A stretch of 64,000 nt of DNA from a virus (Duplodnaviria; Caudoviricetes): the IMG/VR virus record IMGVR_UViG_3300029288_000007, positions 1 to 64,000 of that record; one strand, given 5' to 3'. Position 1 is the stretch's first letter, and each line of letters begins with the position of its first letter. The notes beneath the pieces were generated by a model, which saw only the letters and a list, made by a program, of their open reading frames with translations, was not told the origin of the DNA and did no database searches. The position numbers and the translations under genes are program-made. Positions 9,001 to 17,636 of the stretch are shown in pieces.

Positions 9001-10516
9001 CTTCCTGATACATATCATCAAGTTCAGCACCGACATCCCCGGCCCAATCCTTTAAAAGTTTCCTCTTTGTTGCATCATCCATTTTAATCCAGTAATAATA
9101 TTCTTCCGGAGTTAAAGGCAAATCTTCCTGATTAGCGCCATGTAAAATTGCTTTTTCATGAATGGCTTCAACTATATCATTGGATGGCAAGCGCGTTTCA
9201 AATTTCGTCAGCGCTTCATCTACAAATTTATTCCAGTCCATTTGTCCTGAAACTTTATTCCACTTTTTAGAAATCTCTTCAGAAAAATCTTTTGACATTT
9301 TAGTATATAAAGTACCAGCGAAATCTTTCATAACTTGAGGGTCAATATTTGCTGCTTTTAATTCTTCAAAACTATGAATTCCATACTCCGGCAATTCGTT
9401 TAACTTTGAAAGTGTTGTTATTTTATATTCAGAAACGACTCTCTCTGGTAATTTAATTTTTCCTAAAATTTCTTTTGGAATATCTGCTCCGGCTTTTTTC
9501 CACGCTTCCAAATTGCCAAGCTTTGCCGCTTCGTTTAATTCATTCCAAACAGGAAGGAATTTTTCAATCATATCTTTATTTTTCAAAGGCAATCCATTGC
9601 TAAGAATATCATCTATTTTCAAAAAGATTTGTTTTTGAGAGTTGGACAAATCATTGAACATTTTTGTTGTTGGAGCATTTTCAATTTTCCCTTTTGAAAC
9701 AATTGGAGGCTGTTCCACAAGTTTCTTTTCTGTAATTCCCATTAAATCTTTGGGAATTTTCCATCCGTCCTCTCTCCAAATATCCAAATACGCCTTTTTC
9801 GCGCTTGTATCAAGGCTATTCCACAATTTGAGTTTTTCTGCTTTCCATTCGGCTGGCTTGCCAGAGAAAGTGCTATCTTTTACTGACTGATGCAAAAAAC
9901 TTAAATCTGTTAATTCTCCAGATTTCAATTCGCCAATCAGTTTACCGTTGACTGTGCCTACAGCCTTTTCCTCTTTACTGGCCTGCTTCCATAAAGCCAT
10001 ATCTGATTCAGATAAAAAACTAAACTTCCTTGGAGGAACTACTCCCTTCTCAACCCATCGATTTATATAGTTTTGCTTCACGCTTGTATCTAAAGAACTC
10101 CACAATTTGATTTTCTTCACTTTCCAATTTGCGCTAAATTCAGACCAAGTATTTGCAATAAATGAATCAGACAAAGTATCCAATCCCAAAAGTTCTTCTT
10201 TTGACAAATCCTTCAATAACTTTCCATTGGTTTTCCCCGGGGATACTATTGCTTTTTTATAATCCTTGCTTTTTAACAACATTTTCAATGTATCTTTTTG
10301 AGCAACAACAGAGGCATTGTTAAAGGTAGAATCAAAACTCTTTTTTGCCCACTCATACGCTTCTTTCCCTTCCTTTGTTGTAACAATATTTGAAAATTCC
10401 TTAACCGCTTTCGAAATCTCTTGGCCTTCCTTTCCTACTATCAAGTGAACCTTTTCAAAGGCAGACAAAGCAGTTTCCCAATCTTTATGAGATTTTGCCA
10501 GTTCTTGAATGACCAT
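6014..10516 (-). CDS. Large effector ORF (probable C-terminal part of the MuF protein): W-containing helical repeats, HipA/PI3-4K-like kinase domain, C-terminal ART-like domain
   Basis: Kinase motifs GSNTGAYY, YYIK, NEMLA.KLY, DAWLGDWD...DNL, RIDVGG; C-terminal HH...NGG.L.S...GG.SYLFTR...GNETIF. Confidence 0.7.
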   Translation of the reverse strand: MVIQELAKSHKDWETALSAFEKVHLIVGKEGQEISKAVKEFSNIVTTKEGKEAYEWAKKSFDSTFNNASVVAQKDTLKMLLKSKDYKKAIVSPGKTNGKLLKDLSKEELLGLDTLSDSFIANTWSEFSANWKVKKIKLWSSLDTSVKQNYINRWVEKGVVPPRKFSFLSESDMALWKQASKEEKAVGTVNGKLIGELKSGELTDLSFLHQSVKDSTFSGKPAEWKAEKLKLWNSLDTSAKKAYLDIWREDGWKIPKDLMGITEKKLVEQPPIVSKGKIENAPTTKMFNDLSNSQKQIFLKIDDILSNGLPLKNKDMIEKFLPVWNELNEAAKLGNLEAWKKAGADIPKEILGKIKLPERVVSEYKITTLSKLNELPEYGIHSFEELKAANIDPQVMKDFAGTLYTKMSKDFSEEISKKWNKVSGQMDWNKFVDEALTKFETRLPSNDIVEAIHEKAILHGANQEDLPLTPEEYYYWIKMDDATKRKLLKDWAGDVGAELDDMYQEDGVVDWLNNFKIVKDPALTEKEHETLEGIGEKIKEHLLEGDDGAIPLKEAEKTLWSKIPETKKEIYLEMWATEEGAVMEDLFPTIEWMEKQLGNLKVGAAIEKPIKEAPLTLVKAGPKTYDLTKADELAKYKANSSYNVNEYAKNIAQGKKVTSTQQDFFNQLSIGEKNAVEAKIGKLKVKYRVAEATDIVQPAINSPQPLNFKNMVQYKPQAGSNTGAYYQNVNNLAERYYIKTPANEEIAKNEMLASKLYQAAGVEVPDLQFIDVNGQKSIASSIIDGVSEDKALLTSGKLRAGIYDNFVVDAWLGDWDVVGLNYDNLLIKDGVRAVRIDVGGSLLYRAQGTSKGLNFGDVVTELKSMRDGRTNPSAANVFRNIKKAELENGVRKVLSVSDDKIRSLVEEFGPSDVATRQALSERLIARKKYIQEQFPDIKVDIAAPLSSDLKDRIADVEFEAIKTSRINGKTLRFDKEEIEDQQVLFWTEKDYQNKPIVGAQLKLTKDGAKKIENFLSSEGVSIKSYNSSTIHDPILEAMRGIAQQSRKGEVLRAEKDIVRAQKAIKTYYDELSNIGINRTKYVASDIEELRRHYEPWIKILEDVVKTGAGKKFKIANDSSNYIHSNLTRFREIKEIVKENLEKEITIQFVKSKGDIVAKEIKKGFAKHTNKNLSRASSHAGGFYESEINGVKFQYWPNKEEVPFAFRGVMRITTNQEGKIDIDKIVDILENKLQINMTRPDAVEKELLYLKQVTYSRNDEFGRELLKTISGTPEQQVEILKKELSKKAGYDITKSKNYNPEGIETAFGTGKINYYRPDLDGNEWDEFRKNYCLHHNLHIEASNFAKEVLNNGGELISSVEKTRKGIDFKGMSPEEDLRTGGGSYLFTRLKTVSKGRIGLSWKSDLVSRVDAISYDHDKYGRVTANVVKDFRKSGVEGWTKCANSSGNETIFKQSLSIFDPNFDKWVCSIDDRNEIIKIFKEHGYKRWPDGRRLEDVIIGTE

Positions 10517-10544
10517 GGAATCGCTAACATCTCCGCCAAAAGCA

Positions 10545-13500
10545 TCAAGTGTTTTTTTGCGCCAACCTCTCTATTTTAACAGCCTCTTTAGAGACCCATA
10601 CTACCTTTTTAATTGGTGGCAAATCAGGAGACATTGCCATTGCCTGGTCCAATGCCGTTCCCGGCTTTATATTCGATACAAAAATATTATATGTATTATC
10701 ATTAATTTCAATTTGGCCTTTCATAAGATTAAAATTCAATTTAAAATCAGATGACCAAGAGTCTGTAGCTGTTAACATTTCTTTCGATTCGATATAAGAA
10801 AGAGGATTCTTTTTGTTTAATTCCAAAAGCTTTTCCATGTATTCTTTTTGTTTTCCCTTTACACTTTCCAACATTGCCTGATAATCAGCAACCGGGTTTG
10901 CCGTTAATTTAAAATTAGACAAAACCTCGCTGCCAACCGTCCCTTTCTCCTTTTGCCAAGTATTAATCGCCTGTTGTGCAGTTGCCTTTGCTTCTCCTTT
11001 AAGCATTGATGTCTTTCCAAGAGGAGAAAAATCATCAAAGCCGGGTTGTTTTCCCAAATCTTTTGCAATTTGTTTATAAAATGGATTTTGTATTAATTCG
11101 TCCCATTCTTTTAAAGCGCCTTTATTCAACGTCAAAAAGTCAAAACCATTTTGAATGCTATTGAAATCCCCTCCTGAAGCTTTTAATGCTTGATTATAAA
11201 CCTCGACAAAATCTTTAGCAATTTCTTTATCAATTGCCATATTCAAAACTTCATCAAGTTTATTTATCGGAACAAGCTGAACAGCCTCTGATTCCCAACC
11301 CATCTGTACCGGACTACCTCCGGTTTTAATCCCAACAAAATAACGAGTATTGCTTGTTGTTTTCTGATAATCTCCCAAAAGATATATTGGTTTTGCCTCA
11401 ATCCCTGTTTCTTCAAAAACTTCCCGGATTGCCTGCTCCTGTATCCCCGGACCAACCCCTTTTACTTTTTCCAAAGTTCCTTTTGGAAAGGTATTTTTAT
11501 ATCCACCAAACTGTTTTGTAGGAGAACACAACCATACTTGGCCCGGCGTCGAATCGTCAATGACTATCATCCCTGCAGAATTGTGAAGCCCGGGAATTGT
11601 TTCCATTGGTTGCGCTAATTCAGAATTGACTTTGAATTTTAATTTACCATAAATCGTTTCATCCCCTTCTTTTAAGGCAGGGACAGCATCCTTAATGGGT
11701 TCGTACAGGCCCGGAGGCAAAGTCTGCCCCTTCTTAAACGTCACAACCTTTTCTGGGTTATTTATCGCATTGATTAATCTCTTTTCTGCTGCTGCGGCCT
11801 TCTGCGCCTCAACAGTTTGTTGTATATCTGCAAACAGTTTGCTGTAACCACCTTTTTCAGAAATTATTTTTTGAACTTGAGGATTAATTGCAGCCTCAAA
11901 CAATTTCTTCCCCTCTTTTGTAAAGGCATTTTCAAACTGAATCAAATCGGGATTAAGAACAAGAGTATACAGTTCTTCATCTACCTTAAAGGCAACAGAG
12001 CCAATGCCTTTATTAAGCATTTCAATTCTTTCTCTTTCTCCAAAGGATTTAACATCACGACCCAATTGTTCAGAATAAAATTTCATCATATCCGTATCAT
12101 CATTAACAAAAGCTTGAATATGAGGTTTTAATTTAATTTCAACCCGGGCTGAATATGAAGAAGTATATTTTGGGTGGTCTGTAAAATAAACTCCTTTCCC
12201 ATACATTGAATTGTCAGACAATTGAATTCCATTTTCAAGAATGTTTGCTACTTGTTTTTCCCCCGTATAATGAAACATCGCTTTTTTGTTAATACTCGCC
12301 ATATCTCCATTCATAGAGCCATAATCCGTGACTAATGTCCCAATTGGAATGTTTTGTTCTGCAATTGCCTTTGAATAAATTTCTTTTATCTTTTTTTCAA
12401 AATCAACAGCATTGGTGGATTCTATTGCCAATTGTTGAATGTCCTTTTCAAGAGCAACTTCTTTCTGGGCCAAGATGTCACCCATATTGGCTTTCAATTC
12501 CTTTAAGGTTATTGGCATTCCGGCATTATCAACCAAATCAACCATATCCAATTTATTGGCCGTCCATAAATTCCAACGGCCCGGGCCTAATATTTCTTTC
12601 TGGATATCAACCGGCTGTAACAATAACCAATCGTTATATGTTAAATTCCCAGCGACAGGGCCATTCATAGAAGCGCGTTGTCCAACTGGGACTTTTGAAT
12701 CTAGAGTATTAATTTGTTCTGATGTTAAAGGGGAATTCTCTCCAACCAAATCTTTATAACTTTTAATCACTGGGATTGTTGTACAACGGCAATTCCAATG
12801 GACAGGCATCCCGGGCCAAGGAGAACTATGGCCATTTGGTTTCATTTCCATGTCATAACGTTTCCCGTCTAAGGGCCGGCAAATAGAACAAGTGCGAGCA
12901 TCAAGGGTAGAGATAATTTCAAGACCATCCAAAACATCCGTGTTGGCCTTGTAAATTTCCTGTCTGACCGCATTGGCGACTTGCATAACAGACGTCCTGA
13001 CAAGTGCGGTTGCCTCTCTCTTTGTTACGCTCATAATTCCCGGAGTAGTCTTCGTTCCCCGGATGCGAGAAATCAAATCTCCAACGCTTTCTCCTTGAAC
13101 CAATCCAATTTGTAGAGCCTGCGTTCCAGCAGCCATGCTTGCTGCCATTTTTGCTTTCGCTGTGGAGGATTGTTTGTTCCACCAATCTCCAATGGTGCTG
13201 CCGTCAATTAAAGTGTTTTCAACGATTGCTTTAACTTCGGCAGGAGTTAATGTTACTTGAAAAATATCAACCCCAACACTACTATTAACACCATCCAAAA
13301 CACTTCGTGCCTGCAACTTCCCGGCCTCTACCAACCCGGTCTTTGTTGTAGCATGAGCCTTCTCAAAAGTATTATCTAAAATTTCAGAGATTTGTTGATT
13401 AAGATTTTCCAACCGGGCCGCCTTCCATTTTGTCATTGTAGGCGCGGTTGGGTCATTTTTTGCAATGGCCGCGACAATTTCGTCTTGGGCAGACTTTAGA

Positions 13501-13607
13501 AGCTTTTGAACATCCTGATTTAAACCAACAGAAAATTTATCTAAATTAATCTGGTCTTTCAGAGTCGAATCAAATATCTTTTCGGGGATTGTTTTCTTTT
13601 TTGGCAT
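10545..13607 (-). CDS. Phage minor head/morphogenesis protein (MuF/SPP1 gp7 family) fused to ADP-ribosyltransferase-like and NUDIX domains
   Basis: MuF core LVRT...TLDART.SIC..LDG...P.HWNCRCT; ART-like FHYT..NIL.NG..YGKGVYFT; NUDIX box FPKG..E...AIREVFEETG; adjacent to portal. Confidence 0.88.
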   Translation of the reverse strand: MPKKKTIPEKIFDSTLKDQINLDKFSVGLNQDVQKLLKSAQDEIVAAIAKNDPTAPTMTKWKAARLENLNQQISEILDNTFEKAHATTKTGLVEAGKLQARSVLDGVNSSVGVDIFQVTLTPAEVKAIVENTLIDGSTIGDWWNKQSSTAKAKMAASMAAGTQALQIGLVQGESVGDLISRIRGTKTTPGIMSVTKREATALVRTSVMQVANAVRQEIYKANTDVLDGLEIISTLDARTCSICRPLDGKRYDMEMKPNGHSSPWPGMPVHWNCRCTTIPVIKSYKDLVGENSPLTSEQINTLDSKVPVGQRASMNGPVAGNLTYNDWLLLQPVDIQKEILGPGRWNLWTANKLDMVDLVDNAGMPITLKELKANMGDILAQKEVALEKDIQQLAIESTNAVDFEKKIKEIYSKAIAEQNIPIGTLVTDYGSMNGDMASINKKAMFHYTGEKQVANILENGIQLSDNSMYGKGVYFTDHPKYTSSYSARVEIKLKPHIQAFVNDDTDMMKFYSEQLGRDVKSFGERERIEMLNKGIGSVAFKVDEELYTLVLNPDLIQFENAFTKEGKKLFEAAINPQVQKIISEKGGYSKLFADIQQTVEAQKAAAAEKRLINAINNPEKVVTFKKGQTLPPGLYEPIKDAVPALKEGDETIYGKLKFKVNSELAQPMETIPGLHNSAGMIVIDDSTPGQVWLCSPTKQFGGYKNTFPKGTLEKVKGVGPGIQEQAIREVFEETGIEAKPIYLLGDYQKTTSNTRYFVGIKTGGSPVQMGWESEAVQLVPINKLDEVLNMAIDKEIAKDFVEVYNQALKASGGDFNSIQNGFDFLTLNKGALKEWDELIQNPFYKQIAKDLGKQPGFDDFSPLGKTSMLKGEAKATAQQAINTWQKEKGTVGSEVLSNFKLTANPVADYQAMLESVKGKQKEYMEKLLELNKKNPLSYIESKEMLTATDSWSSDFKLNFNLMKGQIEINDNTYNIFVSNIKPGTALDQAMAMSPDLPPIKKVVWVSKEAVKIERLAQKNT

Positions 13608-13609
13608 AA

Positions 13610-15064
13610 TTAACTCCCCATATTGTTTTCATCAATGGCTCCATTTTCTTTTTGGAAAGGCTTTTGTTCTTTTGCAAGCGCCTTTTCCTGTTCAATGGTT
13701 CTATCCGCAGGTAATATTTCTCCAAGCTGTAATTTATACAAGAAAGTATCCTGAGAAATTTCCCCTGCCTGCCGTGCCTGTAACAGCGCCGTAATATCCT
13801 GAGCAGAAAGTTTTTCAGAAACAAATTCTCTATTCAACTTTACCTCTGAGCTTTCCTTTGCCCCAATCCATTGAGCAAGATAATTCAGAGCTTTGATAAA
13901 TCCCTGTTCAGAACTATTCACAATTGACGACAGTGTTGCAGAATCCCCAGAGAAATGCATCCGAACTGTATCGGCAGCCTCGGCAGCCTTCTTTTGGTCT
14001 TCAAGTAAACGCGCTCCCATTACTGCCATTTGAGCTTCAATCCGCTCTAAAGCCTTAACCACCGCTTCAAGACCTTGACCAGTAAATTCTAAAAACCCAC
14101 ATTTTGCAGTTGGGTCTTCACTTATCCAAGCTTTTAAAGCGCCAAGATAAAGGGTTGTATCCTTCCCAAAACCGCAGGCGTATGGAGTTGGCAATGCACA
14201 ATAATGAAGACCATGATAATAATCAACATTAACTTGCCAATGTTTAATATTCAAATTTGCCAAATCAATCAAAGGGGGATCTTCTGGAATCGGAGAATTG
14301 CTTATACAACCAAAAAAAACAAAGGGAATTTCCGTCCAATTCTTCCCTCTGATTTTAGGATACATATCTCCCCCGACTTGTTCCCAAATTTCTTTTTTGT
14401 TATTCTCTTGTAGAACTTTCCGATATACCTTTACAACTAAAATACCCCCCTCAATAGTCAAAACCCTCACTCTGTCTTCGCTAACCATAACAAAGGGATT
14501 GTCTGTAGAAGGCAAATCTACTTTTTCAGACAAACAAAGCATTACGAGTTTGCTTTCATCTCCAATTTGCTTTGTTTGTAAATTTAAAATTGTTGCTGCC
14601 GGATACAAAGCAAAATACGGGTTGGCTGCCGAGCCAATTTTAGCTTGATTTTCATCAACAACAGGAGCATCAACAAGAATTCCAAAGTAACCATATTCAA
14701 TTTGGTTTTCAATTACCACTCTTATAACTTCTTGAATAGACTCTCCGTTTAAAGTAATAAACGGCAATAAATTATCTACAGTTGGGGGACATTTTATTTG
14801 TGGTTCTTTACGAACAACTGCACCTGTAAGTCCTATTACTGTTCTTTTAAACGCATTGAAAAAAGATCCTCTGGAAATATAAGCATTGTATTCATCATCA
14901 GTCTGGCCAGACAATTTTGGCAAATACATCGTGCCTGCATACTTCATGGCCGACTCTCCGCCCATCACAGCTTCAATCTTTGTCCATTCAGGTTCTTTCG
15001 ATTTGTATTCCTTGCTTTTTGCGTTCGGAGTTAGAGCCGATTCCCCTTTTGTTGGTGTTGACAT
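13610..15064 (-). CDS. Portal protein (DUF4055-type)
   Basis: YLPKLSGQ...Y.AY..R..FFN, EIPFVF, PPLIDLA.LNI.H, FLEFTG.GL, GARLL motifs; upstream of MuF. Confidence 0.9.
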   Translation of the reverse strand: MSTPTKGESALTPNAKSKEYKSKEPEWTKIEAVMGGESAMKYAGTMYLPKLSGQTDDEYNAYISRGSFFNAFKRTVIGLTGAVVRKEPQIKCPPTVDNLLPFITLNGESIQEVIRVVIENQIEYGYFGILVDAPVVDENQAKIGSAANPYFALYPAATILNLQTKQIGDESKLVMLCLSEKVDLPSTDNPFVMVSEDRVRVLTIEGGILVVKVYRKVLQENNKKEIWEQVGGDMYPKIRGKNWTEIPFVFFGCISNSPIPEDPPLIDLANLNIKHWQVNVDYYHGLHYCALPTPYACGFGKDTTLYLGALKAWISEDPTAKCGFLEFTGQGLEAVVKALERIEAQMAVMGARLLEDQKKAAEAADTVRMHFSGDSATLSSIVNSSEQGFIKALNYLAQWIGAKESSEVKLNREFVSEKLSAQDITALLQARQAGEISQDTFLYKLQLGEILPADRTIEQEKALAKEQKPFQKENGAIDENNMGS

Positions 15065-15094
15065 TTTTGTTCTCCTTGATAATATTTGCCCGGG

Positions 15095-15982
15095 TTATAA
15101 AATTGACGCAGGGCAATTGGCCATAGCATGCAACACCGTTTCATCTATGGACAATCCGTGCAACCTCGCTGCCGCCGCAACTTCTCCTACCTTTAAAGAA
15201 GCAGCATTCAATTCCATCGTTACTTTGTACCCAAGATAATCTCCAGAAATGTTTGTTTTAAAATCACGGACAGAAATTGTTTTTACCTTTTCAAAAGGAA
15301 AATAATATCTCTGATGATAATAATCTGCAATAATTACAGCGTCCACATCCTGACAGTCTTTGGAAAGCAAAGAAACATTATTTGAAAAAACAATTTCTCC
15401 AGGAGCCCGGATAACAAAATCAATTCTCAAATTATATAAAAAATCAGAGATATATGCTCCGATGGCTCCCTCTGTAATAATCAAAAACTTATCTCTCCAA
15501 ACAGAAAATCCGTTTTCAAATAATAATTTCAAAATTTTAAAACCAATGGAATCAAAAATTCCTATTTTAATTTCGTCGGTTCCGATGGTTAAAATTTCCT
15601 TCTCTTTGCAATATTTAAGGTCTATATCCTCAGTCCGAACTTGTTGGGGCATCATCATCAATGGAACGACCGCTGTAGATTTCATTTTGTCAATTTTCTC
15701 TTTATCAATAGGTCTAACATGACCAGAATTTGTTATAATATCCGCTTCCTTTATTGCATCAAAATTATTAACAATATAAAACCTATCGAGGGGAGAATTC
15801 TCCTCTGCATTAGGATTATATGCGTAAACAAAAGCCCCTGCATAATAAGCCATAACGGAGGTCATTAAATAATTCTTTGTTGCCAGCTCCGTAAATACAG
15901 TCAGGCCCGTTAAATCCAAATGATATTTTTCTATTAACTTCTTTGCATAATTAGATTTTTGTTCTAGCAACGTTCTGTCCAT
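15095..15982 (-). CDS. Polysaccharide-locus hypothetical protein (Rossmann/dehydrogenase-like)
   Basis: LDL.GLTV.TE.AT..Y, DIITNSGHVRPI, DIDL..C.EK.I..GT.E motifs, as recalled from glycan clusters. Confidence 0.55.
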   Translation of the reverse strand: MDRTLLEQKSNYAKKLIEKYHLDLTGLTVFTELATKNYLMTSVMAYYAGAFVYAYNPNAEENSPLDRFYIVNNFDAIKEADIITNSGHVRPIDKEKIDKMKSTAVVPLMMMPQQVRTEDIDLKYCKEKEILTIGTDEIKIGIFDSIGFKILKLLFENGFSVWRDKFLIITEGAIGAYISDFLYNLRIDFVIRAPGEIVFSNNVSLLSKDCQDVDAVIIADYYHQRYYFPFEKVKTISVRDFKTNISGDYLGYKVTMELNAASLKVGEVAAAARLHGLSIDETVLHAMANCPASIL

Positions 15983-16686
15983 TCCTGTGCAATCTCCATT
16001 AATGTTGGCATCCGATTTTTATCGTTTAACAAACACTCAAGATAATCCCTCGTCCCTTTTTTTCTTTTATTAATATATTTCGCCGCTACCTCAATAAAAG
16101 GGAATTGATTGTACTCTGATTTAAAAGCTACATAATCTTCCCACCGCGCTGTGTTGAGATAAATATGAATTGGATGAAAACATAATATTTTAAGGCCCGG
16201 GCATGTTGGCTTTTCCCACAATGGATTGCCAACCATCTCTGCGTCGTCAGACCAAAAATATGGCATACGAATAATCTGGCAACTATAAGCATAATTCGTT
16301 ACGAAAGGTTGAATATTCGCCATGCCGCCAAGATAAACTGAACTGTCAATAGACATACCCATCATCGAAAACATTCTGGCTATTGCTGCAGAATAAACCA
16401 TCGCATGGCTTCTTACTGCAACAGCCCCGGGAACAATACGTTTTAAATTATTCATTATTTTTGTAGGACTATCTCCTTGAGTAGTCCCTTGTAAAAAGTT
16501 TGGATGAATCCCGGCATCAATTTCCTTTTTACAAGCAACAATTTCCTTTATAGAAGGACTATCATGAGTAACGAACCAAGTGCTTCGACGATTTGCTTTT
16601 TTTAAAATTTGACGCACTCTTTCTATTGCAAAGTCTGGAGCCCAATCGACATCTAGAGTAATAGAAAAGGAATTTATCATTACCAA
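15964..16686 (-). CDS. Polysaccharide deacetylase-like protein (WbmS-like)
   Basis: ITLDVDWAPDF, TWFVTH, GIHPNF, RSH, P.FW.DD, FHPIH. Confidence 0.8.
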   Translation of the reverse strand: MVMINSFSITLDVDWAPDFAIERVRQILKKANRRSTWFVTHDSPSIKEIVACKKEIDAGIHPNFLQGTTQGDSPTKIMNNLKRIVPGAVAVRSHAMVYSAAIARMFSMMGMSIDSSVYLGGMANIQPFVTNYAYSCQIIRMPYFWSDDAEMVGNPLWEKPTCPGLKILCFHPIHIYLNTARWEDYVAFKSEYNQFPFIEVAAKYINKRKKGTRDYLECLLNDKNRMPTLMEIAQEWTERC

Positions 16687-17636
16687 CCAGCCTCCTTTTT
16701 AAAATCTTCAAGACCCTGTTCATATGTATATATTGGCACCCAGTTTAAATCAACTTCAGTTTCTCTTATATTAAAAATACAACTTTGTTTTCTGATTTCT
16801 TCTTTGTCAGGACAATAAATTATTTTTGATTGTTTATTGCGAACTCTTTCTGGTTGCATTGGGTCTAAACATATTTCCGGCATTTTTTCATATGGAGAAA
16901 ACACTCGAATAATTGCTTTGACTTCATCTTCAATGGTCAAACCTATGCCCGAGCCAACATTGTAATATCCTTTGGCATTTTTCGATTCGATGGCGGCAAT
17001 AAAGGCCCGGCAAACGTCTTTGACATAAATCATATCTCTTTTTGTTGAAGGAGGATTTCCCCATATTTCAATATCTTCTCCTTTTCTAGCCTTATCAATA
17101 AATTGATGAAATGGGGAATTATATTTTGTATCTGCGCTGCCGTACCCCCTGATATTTGCAAGCCGTAAAATAATCCCTTGTACAATCTTTTGTTTTGTAT
17201 ATACTTCAACCATGTCTGCCGCAGCCACTTTGGATTGTATAAAAGGAATTGAATTATGAGACCAAGAACTTGTTCCATATTCTTGACATCCATAATTATC
17301 TATCTTGGCTGCAGAATAACGATTTGTATCAGAATGAGTCATTGCATAAATAAACTTCTTTACTTTAAGTAAACGGCAAAGTTCCAACATATTATAAGTG
17401 CCAATAGTATTGACATCGAAATATTCTTTGGCTGTATGACCATTAATCATAAGTTTGGCCGCAAGATGAACAATTGCATCGATGGGTTTTCCAAAAAGAT
17501 ATTGCCAAACTTCTGGAGAAAGAAAAAGATTAGAAACATCTGAATCTAAAACAATAACTTCCCAATCTAATGAGTCCATCATCTTGACCAAATACTTACC
17601 AACAAATCCTTTTCCTCCTGTTATTAAAACTCTCAT
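16680..17636 (-). CDS. NAD-dependent sugar epimerase/dehydratase (extended SDR)
   Basis: ITGGKGFVG, VHLAA, (F)IQSK at the YxxxK position, RDMIYVKDV, YNVGSG. Confidence 0.9.
   Translation of the reverse strand: MRVLITGGKGFVGKYLVKMMDSLDWEVIVLDSDVSNLFLSPEVWQYLFGKPIDAIVHLAAKLMINGHTAKEYFDVNTIGTYNMLELCRLLKVKKFIYAMTHSDTNRYSAAKIDNYGCQEYGTSSWSHNSIPFIQSKVAAADMVEVYTKQKIVQGIILRLANIRGYGSADTKYNSPFHQFIDKARKGEDIEIWGNPPSTKRDMIYVKDVCRAFIAAIESKNAKGYYNVGSGIGLTIEDEVKAIIRVFSPYEKMPEICLDPMQPERVRNKQSKIIYCPDKEEIRKQSCIFNIRETEVDLNWVPIYTYEQGLEDFKKEAGW

Noticed and set aside
10545-10547. Stop-codon readthrough or alternative genetic code joining MuF to the next ORF
   Set aside because: The downstream ORF is in a different frame, and all three stop codons terminate intact genes elsewhere under code 11
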